Below, piece by piece: positions 17,351-17,549 of a DNA stretch of 17,549 bases (the first letter of the stretch is position 1; every line of letters begins with the position of its first letter). The notes beneath the pieces are model-generated. The model was not told where the DNA came from, did no database searches, and worked only from the letters and a program-made list of their open reading frames with translations. A program made the translations under genes and the position numbers. This stretch comes from Campylobacterota bacterium (GTDB taxonomy: Bacteria; Campylobacterota; Campylobacteria; Campylobacterales; Sulfurimonadaceae). The stretch spans positions 1 through 17,549 of the forward strand of contig JAYEMF010000044.1 of NCBI GenBank assembly GCA_034717975.1, given 5' to 3'.

Positions 17351-17395
17351 TATATTTTTTAAAATTTTAAAAATATCTTACTGCAAGGAGTAGAT

Positions 17396-17549
17396 TTGAA
17401 TACCCTGCATACCATGCCGGTCACCCTGACCGGCGATCACCCTGAAGCAAAGCGTGAAGCGATCAGGGAGTACTTTCATAAAACTTACGATCTCTATGAA
17501 CGTCTTTTTGATCTCTTGGCAACGGATGAGGTTTTTTACGAAAAGTCAG
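17396..17549 (+). CDS. ovoA: 5-histidylcysteine sulfoxide synthase OvoA (ovothiol biosynthesis), N-terminal fragment running off the window
   Basis: Not in the ORF track. SD AAGGAG (17385-17390) then TTG at 17396. Translates MNTLHTMPVTLTGDHPEAKREAIREYFHKTYDLYERLFDLLATDEVFYEKS, resembling the OvoA N-terminus (KRxEIxxYFxxTxxxYExLF) that precedes the PLRHPLIFY motif. Confidence 0.8.
   Translation, partial: MNTLHTMPVTLTGDHPEAKREAIREYFHKTYDLYERLFDLLATDEVFYEKS

Noticed and set aside
1..17549. CRISPR arrays, tRNA/rRNA genes, prophage or defence genes
   Set aside because: No regularly spaced repeats, cloverleaf sequences or such proteins were seen.

Overview
Core-genome region of a Campylobacterota (Epsilonproteobacteria) bacterium, probably Sulfurimonas/Sulfuricurvum-like. 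This is inferred from the proteins, the gnTAnaAT promoter boxes and the gene order. On the + strand: a DUF4105/Lnb-N-domain outer-membrane protein, tal, a PilT/PilU ATPase, rplY, pth, an LptF/LptG permease, lysA, a HAD-IIA hydrolase, pheA, hisC, fliF, fliG, fliH and dxs. A convergent pgeF/yfiH follows on the - strand, and the window ends in the 5' end of ovoA (ovothiol sulfoxide synthase). The rplY-to-dxs order matches the Campylobacter jejuni Cj0311-Cj0321 block as I recall it. The proteins are mostly ordinary. The interesting signal is non-coding: all four long intergenic gaps (1-122, 10725-10879, 14427-14621, 17185-17395) are filled with related, hairpin-rich sequence. Two of them share a 38-nt motif (32/38 identical, one clear and one possible compensatory base-pair change) 45-48 nt upstream of the fliF and ovoA start codons. 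Two others share a 13-nt terminal-inverted-repeat-like end (GGGCACCTCTAAA). All four carry (C)TACGCT or its reverse complement. This suggests a family of dispersed structured elements (REP/MITE-like or cis-regulatory RNA) that I cannot assign to a named family. The DUF4105 gene also appears to need a non-AUG (ATT) start.
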